Shown piece by piece: positions 54,177-64,000 of a stretch of DNA of 64,000 bases (position 1 is the stretch's first letter; each line of letters starts with the position of its first letter). Under the pieces are notes generated by a model that was not told where the DNA came from, ran no database searches, and saw nothing but the letters and a program-made list of their open reading frames with translations. The translations under genes were made by a program, and so were the position numbers. The stretch comes from Tetramitus jugosus (Eukaryota > Protista > Heterolobosea), in assembly GCA_937625935.1 (NCBI GenBank), contig OW569385.1, positions 62,001-126,000 of the forward strand, given 5' to 3'.

Positions 54177-57100
54177 TTAATGATAGCCAACGTACATTGA
54201 ATAGGCTGTTTCGGCATCTTTGAGAACGTCATCCACATCTAACGAGTGGCTAATGTTCACACAAAACTTGAGAATGTCATCAAAGGCCCAATCCTGGTGC
54301 ATTTCCATCATTTCATGCTTGTAGTGTCGCAATATTCCATAGGCAATATACAGGAAGAAATCGTTGACAGGACAAGGCGTTTGTGAAGGATTTCTCAGAT
54401 TGAATCCTAAACTCCACACTCGCTCCCACAGATTCTTGATTTGGTTGAATGTGAACTCTCTCTTGAGTAATACCAGGATCCAACGGAAACAGAAGTAAAA
54501 GTTCACTGCGTCTCTCTTCTCCAAGTACTCGTACCAATCCTTGTCTAGAACCTTTGTGATTTGCTGCAATTTATTCAATTGCTTCTCCATATATTTAGAA
54601 TTCATTTCGAAATGTCCTGAACATTGCATATAGCGGATATCACCGCTTCCATTGCCTTCAAGACGTTGTCGTTCAACTTCAAACAAATCATTCTCATTAA
54701 AAGTGAAAGAAGTATCAAGCGATGCTGGGGTCTCCATAAGACACACAAAGCACCAGAATGTTTGCGACTCATCACGAATGACATGCAATAGAGGTGAGAG
54801 CAAGTCGCCCATACCCTGACAGTACCCTAGATCAAAATTCCACATACCATAGGTCAACAGTATATTTCGGAGCTTTTCTAGGTACTGACTGTCATTTGCA
54901 ATAAATATATCTACATTTCGGTCCGTACGGACGACATCCTTATCGATTCTTCCCTTTCTTTCTCTGTACAATGAGAAGTATCTCTCCTGCAATGGAGTGA
55001 TGCTCGTCCATTGACTCTTCACTGAATCATACAGGATAGCACGTTCACGATCTAGAGCTTCCCTCTGCTCTACAGTTCTACAATTCTCATCAAATGAATA
55101 ATAACCTAATAAATACTTCCAAACTTCAGATCTTAATTGCTCATCATTTTCCTCAATGCCTCCATAGTACAAGCTGAGACAAATGGCAGACCATTTCTCT
55201 TTTGCATCTGGCACTTGACTACCAAATTCGTCAAATAACACTTCCCATTGCGCTCTGTTCAACTTTGGTGTTTCACTGTACTTTGGATGTAAGATTGATG
55301 CAAGTATCGCGAACCTTTCGTCTGTATCAACAACTGGAGAAGCAGGAGTCAGTGGAGGGCTCCGAGAGCTATCAGACTTTGTTGGCTCTTCAATAATTTC
55401 GAACCCATCCTCATCAGCATTGTCAATCGAGGTCTCTGTAAGGACTGCTTCACTCTGTTTTTGGTCATCGGGCGTTGTGACACTTGTATAATTTGTTTCA
55501 TTCAAATCCTCGGCCTCTTGCCCAAGATAATCGTGATCAGTAACTGATTTGATATCACAGTTAACCACGGATCCAGCCATCACACCTTGCTCACTGAGAT
55601 GAGCACTACCCTTTGAGTCACTAATGCTGTTTGATGGCTCTTCGTCCGCTTGCATGTGAATATTGTTCATCGAGATATATGTACTGGAAACATTGGGCAC
55701 AGGCAATGAGCTTGGAACCTTGTATTTGGAAGAGGATTGATTGGTCGATGAGATTCTATTGTACACTTTTGCTCCCCATTCGACAAGCCATCCATTACTG
55801 GATCCCACGCTAGACGATTTTCCAGTGTTAGCCTTGCTATTTCTGTTGGAGTTGCTAGTATTGATGTTGCGTACGTTTTGAGCCGTGCTTGTTGGCTCCT
55901 CAGGATAACAAACATGATCAAAATAGCTATCAAATTGCATCTGATTCAAAGATCGTTCCAACTGCTTGTTGTTGGCATTGATGGGTGAACTAGGTTGAAT
56001 ATTGTTGCCATTGTAGGCAGTGTCGTCGGATGGAATCAGAAGAACCTTGTACAGATGTGAATCGTTTGGCATCACTGCAATCACATTTCTCCTTTGCAAA
56101 AGAGAGAGAAAGTCATTGACACCACCTTCGTGGAAGTACAATGGTGGATGAGACACAACCGAGGTCATATCAATATCCTCCTCACTAATCTCCTCAAATC
56201 CATCATCAACAATCGATGATGATGATGAATGAGATGAAACTGAACGAGAATGATGATTTGCACTCTGTTGTGACGGTTGTTGTTGCGTAATAATAATGTA
56301 CGAGTGACCAATCGAAGGCGAATGCTTCTTAATGTTCAACACTTGTTCCATTCGCACTGCAATGGCATATTCTTCTGCTCTGGAGACCATTGGATTCACA
56401 CCCAATGTCAATGAGGAAGTAGCAGCCGCAACAGATGAAGAGCTATTGTTGTTGTTGTTGTTGCCTTGATTGGAAGAAGAGCATGGAATAGAGACGTTGG
56501 ACGCTCCAGACAACATTTCTTCCGTCAATTGAAGCACATTGTTCTCATCACCCATCGTATTCATCATCATCATCATGCTCATTGTTGCATTGTCACCACT
56601 CAATGATGATTGATGACCAACCGCACTATTATTACCACTACCATGACTACCACTACTATTGTTATTATTATTATAATTGTTGTTTTGAGAAGGAGTTCTT
56701 CGGTGGTTCATGGACGGTGGTGACAATGGAAAATCAATCGAAGGTGTTCTTCGTTTAGGAAGAGGTGATTGATGAGTAATGAGGTGCATGTACTCTGCTC
56801 TCGTCACTACTCTACCATTTTTTCTCGTGTGATTCACAAGTATACCATCCTCCCATTGAACCAACAACAAATAAGGTACCCACAATAGGTAAATAATGGG
56901 TTGATTTCGAATTTGTTGCACTGGTGTTAATATTTGTTCAATTAGGAAGAGACAACCAGCAATTTTGGATGATTTTTTAGCTGAAGATGATGATGATGAA
57001 TTGGATTGTGATTGTGATTGTTGATATTGTTGATGTTGTTGTTGATAATGTTGTGTATGAATGTAAACATCGTCTTTTCGGTGCAATATCTTGTATTTGA

Positions 57101-57398
57101 CCTTGTGAGTGACCAATAGATCATAAATGAGTTGTTTTGTATGACTTGTCAATGATTCTGCATGATGGTTATTGTTGTTGTTGTTGTTGGTTGAAGCTTC
57201 TACTTGATGATATTCACTACTCTTGGGAAGTGATAAGGAGAGTGATGCATAGGAAGAATTGTTATTGTTTGACATTTCGGTTGTGGTTGTAGTGTGAATG
57301 GATGGGGATGGAATAGGCGGGAAACCTTGATGAGAAGAAGAGCGGTCAAATGTGTTGTTGGAAGAGGGTAGTGGCGGGAATTTTTTTGAGGTTGTCAT
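54177..57398 (-). CDS. TBC-domain RabGAP (TBC1D15/17, Gyp7-like)
   Basis: LRSEVWKYLLG, IDKDVVRTDR, GYCQGMGDL, FCFRWILV.LKREF and upstream PPLYFHEGG. Confidence 0.9.
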   Translation of the reverse strand: MTTSKKFPPLPSSNNTFDRSSSHQGFPPIPSPSIHTTTTTEMSNNNNSSYASLSLSLPKSSEYHQVEASTNNNNNNNHHAESLTSHTKQLIYDLLVTHKVKYKILHRKDDVYIHTQHYQQQHQQYQQSQSQSNSSSSSSAKKSSKIAGCLFLIEQILTPVQQIRNQPIIYLLWVPYLLLVQWEDGILVNHTRKNGRVVTRAEYMHLITHQSPLPKRRTPSIDFPLSPPSMNHRRTPSQNNNYNNNNNSSGSHGSGNNSAVGHQSSLSGDNATMSMMMMMNTMGDENNVLQLTEEMLSGASNVSIPCSSSNQGNNNNNNSSSSVAAATSSLTLGVNPMVSRAEEYAIAVRMEQVLNIKKHSPSIGHSYIIITQQQPSQQSANHHSRSVSSHSSSSSIVDDGFEEISEEDIDMTSVVSHPPLYFHEGGVNDFLSLLQRRNVIAVMPNDSHLYKVLLIPSDDTAYNGNNIQPSSPINANNKQLERSLNQMQFDSYFDHVCYPEEPTSTAQNVRNINTSNSNRNSKANTGKSSSVGSSNGWLVEWGAKVYNRISSTNQSSSKYKVPSSLPVPNVSSTYISMNNIHMQADEEPSNSISDSKGSAHLSEQGVMAGSVVNCDIKSVTDHDYLGQEAEDLNETNYTSVTTPDDQKQSEAVLTETSIDNADEDGFEIIEEPTKSDSSRSPPLTPASPVVDTDERFAILASILHPKYSETPKLNRAQWEVLFDEFGSQVPDAKEKWSAICLSLYYGGIEENDEQLRSEVWKYLLGYYSFDENCRTVEQREALDRERAILYDSVKSQWTSITPLQERYFSLYRERKGRIDKDVVRTDRNVDIFIANDSQYLEKLRNILLTYGMWNFDLGYCQGMGDLLSPLLHVIRDESQTFWCFVCLMETPASLDTSFTFNENDLFEVERQRLEGNGSGDIRYMQCSGHFEMNSKYMEKQLNKLQQITKVLDKDWYEYLEKRDAVNFYFCFRWILVLLKREFTFNQIKNLWERVWSLGFNLRNPSQTPCPVNDFFLYIAYGILRHYKHEMMEMHQDWAFDDILKFCVNISHSLDVDDVLKDAETAYSMYVGYH

Positions 57399-57718
57399 TT
57401 ATGAATGGGGGATCAATGTCTCTCCAATGTTTGTTTTTTTAATTGTTGATCACAAACAAGTTTCTGCTCGGTTTTTGCTGTGCTGAGTTGTTGCTTGAGT
57501 ATTGGAATGGTGTTCCACTTGTGCTGTGGAATCACTTGTGTTCTTCGAACAACAAGTTAATTTTGGCCCGAGATTGAGAGTGAAACCTGTTCATTGAATT
57601 TTCACAGTTGTAACCGGGAGAGGAACGCAATAGACCGAACAATAAAATTCACAAACAAAACAAACAAAGGAAAAAGCTGTCGAGGAGAATTTTTGGATTG
57701 ACAAACAACTATTGAAAT

Positions 57719-59272
57719 ATGCCAAATCAAATATCGCAATTCTTCGTATTGTCTTCCCGTGGAGACAGAATTCTCACCAGAGAATACCGCCAAGATATTG
57801 TACAAAACTCCGATCTCATATTTTTCCGTCATGTGCGCGCCTTGGAGAACCCTGCTTACAGTGCAAATGTCGCTCCATCGCCCACATTGACCAACCAAGA
57901 CGAACTTGTCAAACCTGCCTTCGTACGTAGCAAACAATGAAACAAACATGTTGAATTTTTGATGCACAATCAACAATCAAACTAACGATTTGATAACTAA
58001 CAATCACAATCACAACAACAATAATAGAACATTGATGGCATCAATTTTATCTATGTGAAGAAGAATTCAATGTATTTTGTATTTACAACAGCAGTGAACG
58101 CATCTCCTCAATATTTGCTTGAGCTTTTGAACCGTATGCTATTGTTGTTCAAGGACTTTACTGGAGTGTTGAGTGAACAGAGTTTGCGATTCAATTTTAC
58201 TCTCATGTATGAGTTAATGGACGAAATGTTGGATGGTGGTCACGTACAAAACACTACAACCAGTTTGTTGAGTTACTATGTGATGAATCCTGCTGTAGAT
58301 CTCGAAAAACATAGTTCTTTGCTTAGTGCTGTGAACACGACGGGATTTGCTGTGACTGGACTGTTTTTTGAACAAAAAACTGCAAAAGCTTCTGCTTCAG
58401 CTCGTTCTGTAATTGATAAAACCGATGATATCTATGTCGATATTTTGGAGAAGGTTGATGTAGAGTTCTCTGGCAATGGAAGCGTTTTGAGAAGTGAAAT
58501 TTTGGGTTCTATTGTTGTGAGAAGCTTCTTGAAGGGTGAACCATTGTTGAAGTTTGGACTCAACACAAATTTATTTATTGGACGGAATGGTGGGTCATCA
58601 TCGAGCACAGCCAATTATGGAGATGTTGTCCTAGATGCAGTCAATTTTTACTCCCATGCCAATCTGACAGAGTTCAAGAGGGACAAGGTCGTTAGTCTTT
58701 ATCCTATCGATGGAGAGTTTACCGTGTTGAATTATAGAGTGACGAGCGAGAATGCAGCCAGACCATGGTCATTGCCAATTCGTTTATATCCTCGTGTAGA
58801 ATTATTGAGTGAATACAGAGCAAGAGTTGTGATTCGTATAATGACTGATCTCGGCAAATCTAGCCACGTATCAAATGTCATTGTCCGAGTGCCAATTCCA
58901 AAGTTCTGCACTGCTGTTACCTCGGTATCGTTTGACGAGGAGAATCGTTCCAATAACTCGTACGAGTACAAAGCCGATGACAACTGTTTGTTATGGGGAA
59001 TAAGACGTGTCAGCAATGGTTTGGAACAATCTATTACCCTTCATCTGTCATTGGACAAGGCTAGCCCTGTACAGAGCCAGTTGTGGTATCTGAAGAGACA
59101 ATTGGGTCCTATTGGTGTAAAATTCGAAGTTCCAATGCACAATCTCTCTGGCCTCCAGCTCAGATTTTTGAAGATTGGTGATTATGAGGAGAGCAATAAG
59201 GATATTAAGAGATGGGTCAGATATGTGTGTCAAGGAGGCAACTACATGTGTCGCATGGATGGAACGGACTAA
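57719..59272 (+). CDS. AP4M1: Adaptor complex mu subunit, AP-4 type, 2 exons
   Basis: ISQFFVLSSRGD, NFTLMYELMDEMLDGG, FEVPMHNLSGLQLRFL and RWVRY. Intron 57923-58027. Confidence 0.85.
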
Positions 59273-59392
59273 TAAAACAGCAGTACTGTAAAATATGGCG
59301 GCGCCAAATGCCGACAACCGTTTACTCTTTCTAATGACAACAACACGAATTTTGCAAGCTCACAAATCAGATTTTGACAGCTCTAACAATCG

Positions 59393-60796
59393 ATGAATCA
59401 TAGCTCCAACTACAATAGTTTGATGTCTCGAAACAACACCACTGGTGGTGCACAAAGTGGAAACACAAGTTGTCTTCTGCCATCCGATGCAACAACGAGT
59501 TCAACAACCACTCATCATCACCCATATTCGAGACGAGAAAAGAAATTGAGTGAATTGAAAGCAGAGCACGAAAAAGTTCTTCGCCAACATCATCAGATCC
59601 GAATGGGAGTTAATGACCGCTCATCTACGGCTCATTCACACAAACAGCAACACCAGAACTCTCATCGCTCACACCAGCAACCAAAATTTATTAACAACTT
59701 TTTTGACCAAGATCATACGAACTCTTCATCCACAATGGTCAGTGGAAATAGATCGATATCTAGGAATCTTATCGATCCTTCAAGTGCATCCATCACAAAT
59801 GATCAGGCTAGGAGTAATGTTTCATATGGAGGTGCCAGTACACACTCACCACATCTGAAAGCTCAAATGACGAGCAAGAGTAAGAGTAAAACGAATTTGA
59901 TTGAACAACGAGCCCGAGATTTAATGGCACAGATTGAGCAAAAAGTACGAAGAGATCTCAATATTCCTCAACTGTCACCAGATAAACCTTTGCCAGCCAA
60001 AGGGTCGCAGTATCATGCTTCTCCAATTGATTCTGATACAATGGAGGAACTCAATGAAAAGCAGTCAATAGACTTAAACAACCTTGAAGAGAAGGAACGA
60101 GAATTGCAACAAGAGTTGTTACAGATTGATCACTTACTGTTGACTAGTCGAAGAACTCCGCAGCAAAGAGAACAAAATCTATCCATATCGAATCAATCCG
60201 AACCTTCTCGAACTCAGAAGCAACCTGAGCGTGATGTTACAGAAAATAATCGGAGTAGACCTCATAAAACAGAGTCACTACATAGTGTCACCTCCAATCG
60301 ATTGGAACAATCTCGAATACGGAAAAGAGATACCTCAACAAAGCGCTCTCTTCAGCAAGCAACACACCATGACCAAAAATCCTTAATTTCAAATACCACA
60401 AATCAGAGACCATTGTCTGCTCAAAGGAGGAGAGTGCAGCTATCTTCATCAGTCATTATGAATCGAGCGACTTCTGTCAACAGACCAAGGTCATCTAGCG
60501 CTAGTAAAGTGAGAGACTCCAGTGACAACTGGTACTTTGTCAATAATAGAGCTGAGAAGACGATGACCATAGAGGTAAACAAAGCCATAGACAAGTTACA
60601 ACGCCAACTCCAACCCAAATTACTTCACAACAAAGGTGATACGCCCAAAACAGAAAAACCAATCGTTAAATCAGTATCGGTTCAATTGAAAAACCTTCTC
60701 ATCCAAGATGAAGAATTGAAGAGAGTGAGAAGAGAAATAGAGGCCCTAACTAATGGCTCAACCAGAGTCAGTGAAAATTCTTACTTTTTTCAATAA
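59393..60796 (+). CDS. Low-complexity coiled-coil hypothetical protein
   Basis: 467-aa ORF with short coiled coils and RPxSA motifs. Confidence 0.65.
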   Translation: MNHSSNYNSLMSRNNTTGGAQSGNTSCLLPSDATTSSTTTHHHPYSRREKKLSELKAEHEKVLRQHHQIRMGVNDRSSTAHSHKQQHQNSHRSHQQPKFINNFFDQDHTNSSSTMVSGNRSISRNLIDPSSASITNDQARSNVSYGGASTHSPHLKAQMTSKSKSKTNLIEQRARDLMAQIEQKVRRDLNIPQLSPDKPLPAKGSQYHASPIDSDTMEELNEKQSIDLNNLEEKERELQQELLQIDHLLLTSRRTPQQREQNLSISNQSEPSRTQKQPERDVTENNRSRPHKTESLHSVTSNRLEQSRIRKRDTSTKRSLQQATHHDQKSLISNTTNQRPLSAQRRRVQLSSSVIMNRATSVNRPRSSSASKVRDSSDNWYFVNNRAEKTMTIEVNKAIDKLQRQLQPKLLHNKGDTPKTEKPIVKSVSVQLKNLLIQDEELKRVRREIEALTNGSTRVSENSYFFQ

Positions 60797-60836
60797 ATGG
60801 ATTCAGCCAAGAAAACAGAGTCAAAATTCACCAAAA

Positions 60837-62289
60837 TGCATTGACCGGGAATCGAACCCGGGTCCTCAGCTTGGAAGGCTGAGATGCTCCCGAATAAAAC
60901 GTGGGAACCTGACTATGAGAGATCAGGTCATGAGTCAGGTGCTGCCTAATTCGACACAAAAGTCGGGAATTGACTCGAAAATAACTGCTGCCGACTCCGG
61001 TGTTAACTCCATCAGAAAGTTGGGAATACCACTCAGGTACTGACTCACACGAAGTACACCACTGAACCATGAGTTAAGTGAAAAAACAGCAAGTCAACTG
61101 AGTCGATATTTTAGCCCGATCTCTCTCTCAACTGCTAATCACAACCAACCGCTTTGAATTTGTCGAAGTCGGTTTGTTTCCAACAAACCGAACACAACTA
61201 ACCCAAACGCAACTGCTTCAAGCAACAAAAAGTTTTTAAGTTGGGATACAAACTCCCTTATTGATCTCAAAACGTGTGATCACAACGGCTAAAGAAACAT
61301 TTACCAAGAAGCATATTGTTACTCCTGCGGCTCCATCCACTGAGCAAGTTCTGACACAAGGAACAGGTGTTGAACAAACAGATCAAGAAAGAGTTGAGAC
61401 TGAATACTGGTAAGTTTGTTCTTTTTATTTATGTTTCGATCACTTGTGATTTTCTGAATTTTCACTTCAAAGGAGTTAGGAGTGACTTACTTGCTGGAGA
61501 ATGATGAAGCAATGCCTGCTTTGAAATTTGGGGACAGGATGTTGAATAGTGCCAAAACAGAAATGCTCAATGAATTAGGTCAGTATCATTTTTCTATGCT
61601 GTTAATTGTTGATGTCATTTACCCTCCTTTTTCACAGTGCAGAGATGTCATCGAACAACAAAGAAAACTGTACATGGTATGTCGAACTGCAGTTTGTGTT
61701 TGTACCTGCTACTTACAACTTCTTTCCTACATCTTGTGTTTGTTTGTTGCGGAATTGTTGCTTTGGTGGTATGAACTTAAGCTCTTTTGATCGCTCTCGC
61801 ACCTTGCTCAAAATCGTCGGAGAAATAATGATCAACCACCTGACGAGGAGTCTCCTTGATCAAACTTGCGGAGATAAAGTACAAAGATCAGTGATTACCC
61901 ACTTGCCATGATGAGAGTTTTCTTGGGAATCTGTCCGGTTGATTTTGATTCACGAAAAATATTCATAATAAAAGTTTTCTTCATTCTCTCTCTACAAGAT
62001 TACAAGAATTTTTTGGTCCCTCACTCGCCCTGTTTCTCCTTGTTAGCCGCCTGATGTTGACTTGGGTCATGAGTTTGCACAGGACACAATACCTGACTTG
62101 AGCAAGTCGGCACCTGAAAATGAATGGCAACTTGGACCACTGCAGATGGTTGGTTTGTACCTGACTCCAGTGCTGACTCTGGGATAGTCAGCACCGGACT
62201 TGATCCGAGTCAGGATCTGGCGCAACGAAAGTCAGGTGCTGGTTGCCTCATGTGATTTTTTATTCGGGCTGCCTCTACACCATCAATGC
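60837..62289 (-). pseudogene. tRNA-Gly(TCC) interrupted in the D-loop by a 1380-bp insertion
   Basis: 5' piece GCATTGATGGTGTAGAGGC (62289-62271) plus 3' piece AGCATCTCAGCCTTCCAAGCTGAGGACCCGGGTTCGATTCCCGGTCAATGCA (60888-60837) rebuild a canonical 71-nt cloverleaf. Confidence 0.93.
60889..62268. mobile_element. Non-autonomous TIR DNA transposon, CMC/CACTA-like
   Basis: Termini CCCGAATAAAA...TTTTATTCGGG, CT duplicated on both flanks (60887-60888, 62269-62270), and subterminal ACCTGACT/AGTCAGGT repeats at both ends. No transposase recognised. Confidence 0.88.
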
Positions 62290-62785
62290 TCCTTTGCTTT
62301 CTGTAAATCGGCAGTTGACGGTTTCGTATTTCTCCACTTTTCGTGTCGAAAAGTGATAGGTACCGGATGAGCGAGGATCTCGCAAAGGACCTTGGTAGTG
62401 AAGATTTGGGTTTTTCACGTGCGTGCATCCCAGTGCAGATCCAGCTTCACCACTTCAAAGAGGAGACAAACGGCAGTCAGTCAGGACATCTATTACTGTG
62501 AACACCCAGTCTATGACCGTTTCTTTCCATCTCTTCGTATCACTCTCTGTTCCTTTGAAAGCCAACACTATCACACCAGCTTGGTTGTTCACTGCAATCG
62601 TAGCATGAGAATTCAAAAAATTCTTTGACTATGAATTTCACTACGAAGCTGCCAGTTACCACATGATTTCAATCTGGAATAACCGAGATCAGCAGACATG
62701 TTCACGAGAAAAGTTGTGTGTTTGATTTCAAGCTCAAGACTTTAATAAAACGGAGAAAGGTGAGTAGAAGTCTATAAAACGAGAC

Positions 62786-63418
62786 TTAACACGGATGAGC
62801 GGCTGTTCGTTTCTCCACTTCCGACTTTGTTGTCAAATAACCATGTGCTCCCTCTCTCAGAATCAACTCTGTAACCAACACTCCATTCTCGTTCCAATAG
62901 GACTTGTACTGCTTGGTACCAATCACTTGACTTGTCGGCTCCACAGGTATCAAATTCACAGCAGCATTCACATTTGAATCATCAATAGGAGATGACAACA
63001 ATAGTTCTGCTTCATTGACAAACAACAGACTTGAATTCGAGTGAACAATGGACAAATTTGGACACAATGATTCATCTTGAATGATCAATCGAGAATCATG
63101 ACACTGATCAATGGCAATCAATTGAACATTGGTGCTAGATTGGCTAGGGAATTGTAATTGAACATTGTTTGAACTGAACATTTCAATTGTGCTCGTGCGT
63201 ATTCCACAATTAATGACAAGCTGTACGTCCGTGCATTTTTCGATCAATACTTTTTCCAGTTTTTGACAGGTGACAGAAATTTGACACTTGGAACAATTGC
63301 GAATGTAGAGGAGATGATTGTTCATTTCATGACCAATTTCAATGGTCTCATTTTCATTGTGTCTATTCTCAATAAATGATTGCTTTCGTTGTTGGAGTGA
63401 GAGGAAAATTTGATTCAT
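62786..63418 (-). CDS. CAP C-terminal/CARP-like beta-helix protein
   Basis: LYIRNC..C.I, VLIEKC..V, IAIDQC repeats and a QYKS motif. Confidence 0.7.
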   Translation of the reverse strand: MNQIFLSLQQRKQSFIENRHNENETIEIGHEMNNHLLYIRNCSKCQISVTCQKLEKVLIEKCTDVQLVINCGIRTSTIEMFSSNNVQLQFPSQSSTNVQLIAIDQCHDSRLIIQDESLCPNLSIVHSNSSLLFVNEAELLLSSPIDDSNVNAAVNLIPVEPTSQVIGTKQYKSYWNENGVLVTELILREGAHGYLTTKSEVEKRTAAHPC

Positions 63419-63676
63419 CGCTTTCTTTGTTGTTTGGTTTTCTTTCCTCCTGGAAGCAGTTTGATGGCCTCTCAGATGTCGGGTATGATAGGTGATACTC
63501 CGAACGATCCTGCTCCTTTACAAATCACAATTGGGCTAAACAGTCGTCTGCTCTCTTGTAGACCAAGGACTCAAATCATTGATTCTACAACGCATTAACT
63601 TAGATGAGTTAACTTGTTCAAGATATAAACAAGAAAGAATTGATACGAAGAGTTTGCTCTGCGAAAAGAGTAAAAG

Positions 63677-63749
63677 TACCGACGACGGGACTCGAACCCG
63701 CGACCACTGGATTAGAAGTCCAGTGCTCTTCCAGCTGAGCTACGACGGC
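63677..63749 (-). tRNA. tRNA-Arg(TCT)
   Basis: CTGGA-CT-TCT-AA-TCCAG anticodon arm, GTTCGAGTC, 73 nt; one U5-U68 mismatch in the acceptor stem. Confidence 0.92.
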
Positions 63750-64000
63750 TAGATATTCGAGTGATTTGACTGATGCACTATGTGCGAAACAAAAAACGAA
63801 AATTTCGCTGGTGAAGCGAGCGGCGGCATGATGAGGCTCACAGCGAGACAAGTGGCTCGAATTGTTAACACCTGCATCCACCCGTGAGGAGATCAAGCTT
63901 CGGCAAACATTCCAAAGGGAGAATGTCTTTCAGTCCAACAACAGGCTGGAGCTCATACCTCAAGTGGTGCGCGGAACGCCTGCACAACAACAATTTGACT

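Noticed and set aside
60890-61070. ATGGTTCAGTGGTG as the true 5' half of tRNA-Gly with a ~170-nt intron
   Set aside because: It lacks the GCATTG acceptor strand and pairs poorly in the D-stem. The fully complementary 5' half is at 62271-62289.

Overview
Gene-dense eukaryotic DNA with short spliceosomal introns (mostly GTATGT/GTAAGT...YAG). The gene mix (7TM-RGS receptor, Zn2Cys6 factor, BBS9, WAVE-complex NAP1, atypical E2F) suggests a free-living amoeboflagellate, probably heterolobosean (Naegleria-like); this is inference. There are about 28 protein genes and six tRNA loci, all tRNAs on the minus strand. The top finding is a tRNA-Gly(TCC) gene split in its D-loop (60837-60888 and 62271-62289) by a 1380-bp element with perfect 11-bp terminal inverted repeats (CCCGAATAAAA), a 2-bp target duplication and subterminal ACCTGACT repeats. 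It looks like a non-autonomous CMC/CACTA-type DNA transposon, and it carries its own tRNA-Gly-like A-box. Other highlights: a head-to-head arsenite methyltransferase pair with a CGG-triplet shared promoter next to a Zn2Cys6 factor (one paralogue lacks a catalytic Cys); a beta-helix/fibrinogen/REJ/GPS/7TM/RGS receptor; a divergent eEF2 paralogue; an intron-containing tRNA-Glu; a three-exon degenerate saposin-like gene; and a hairpin right after the H2B stop codon. All family calls come from motif recognition by eye, with no database searches.
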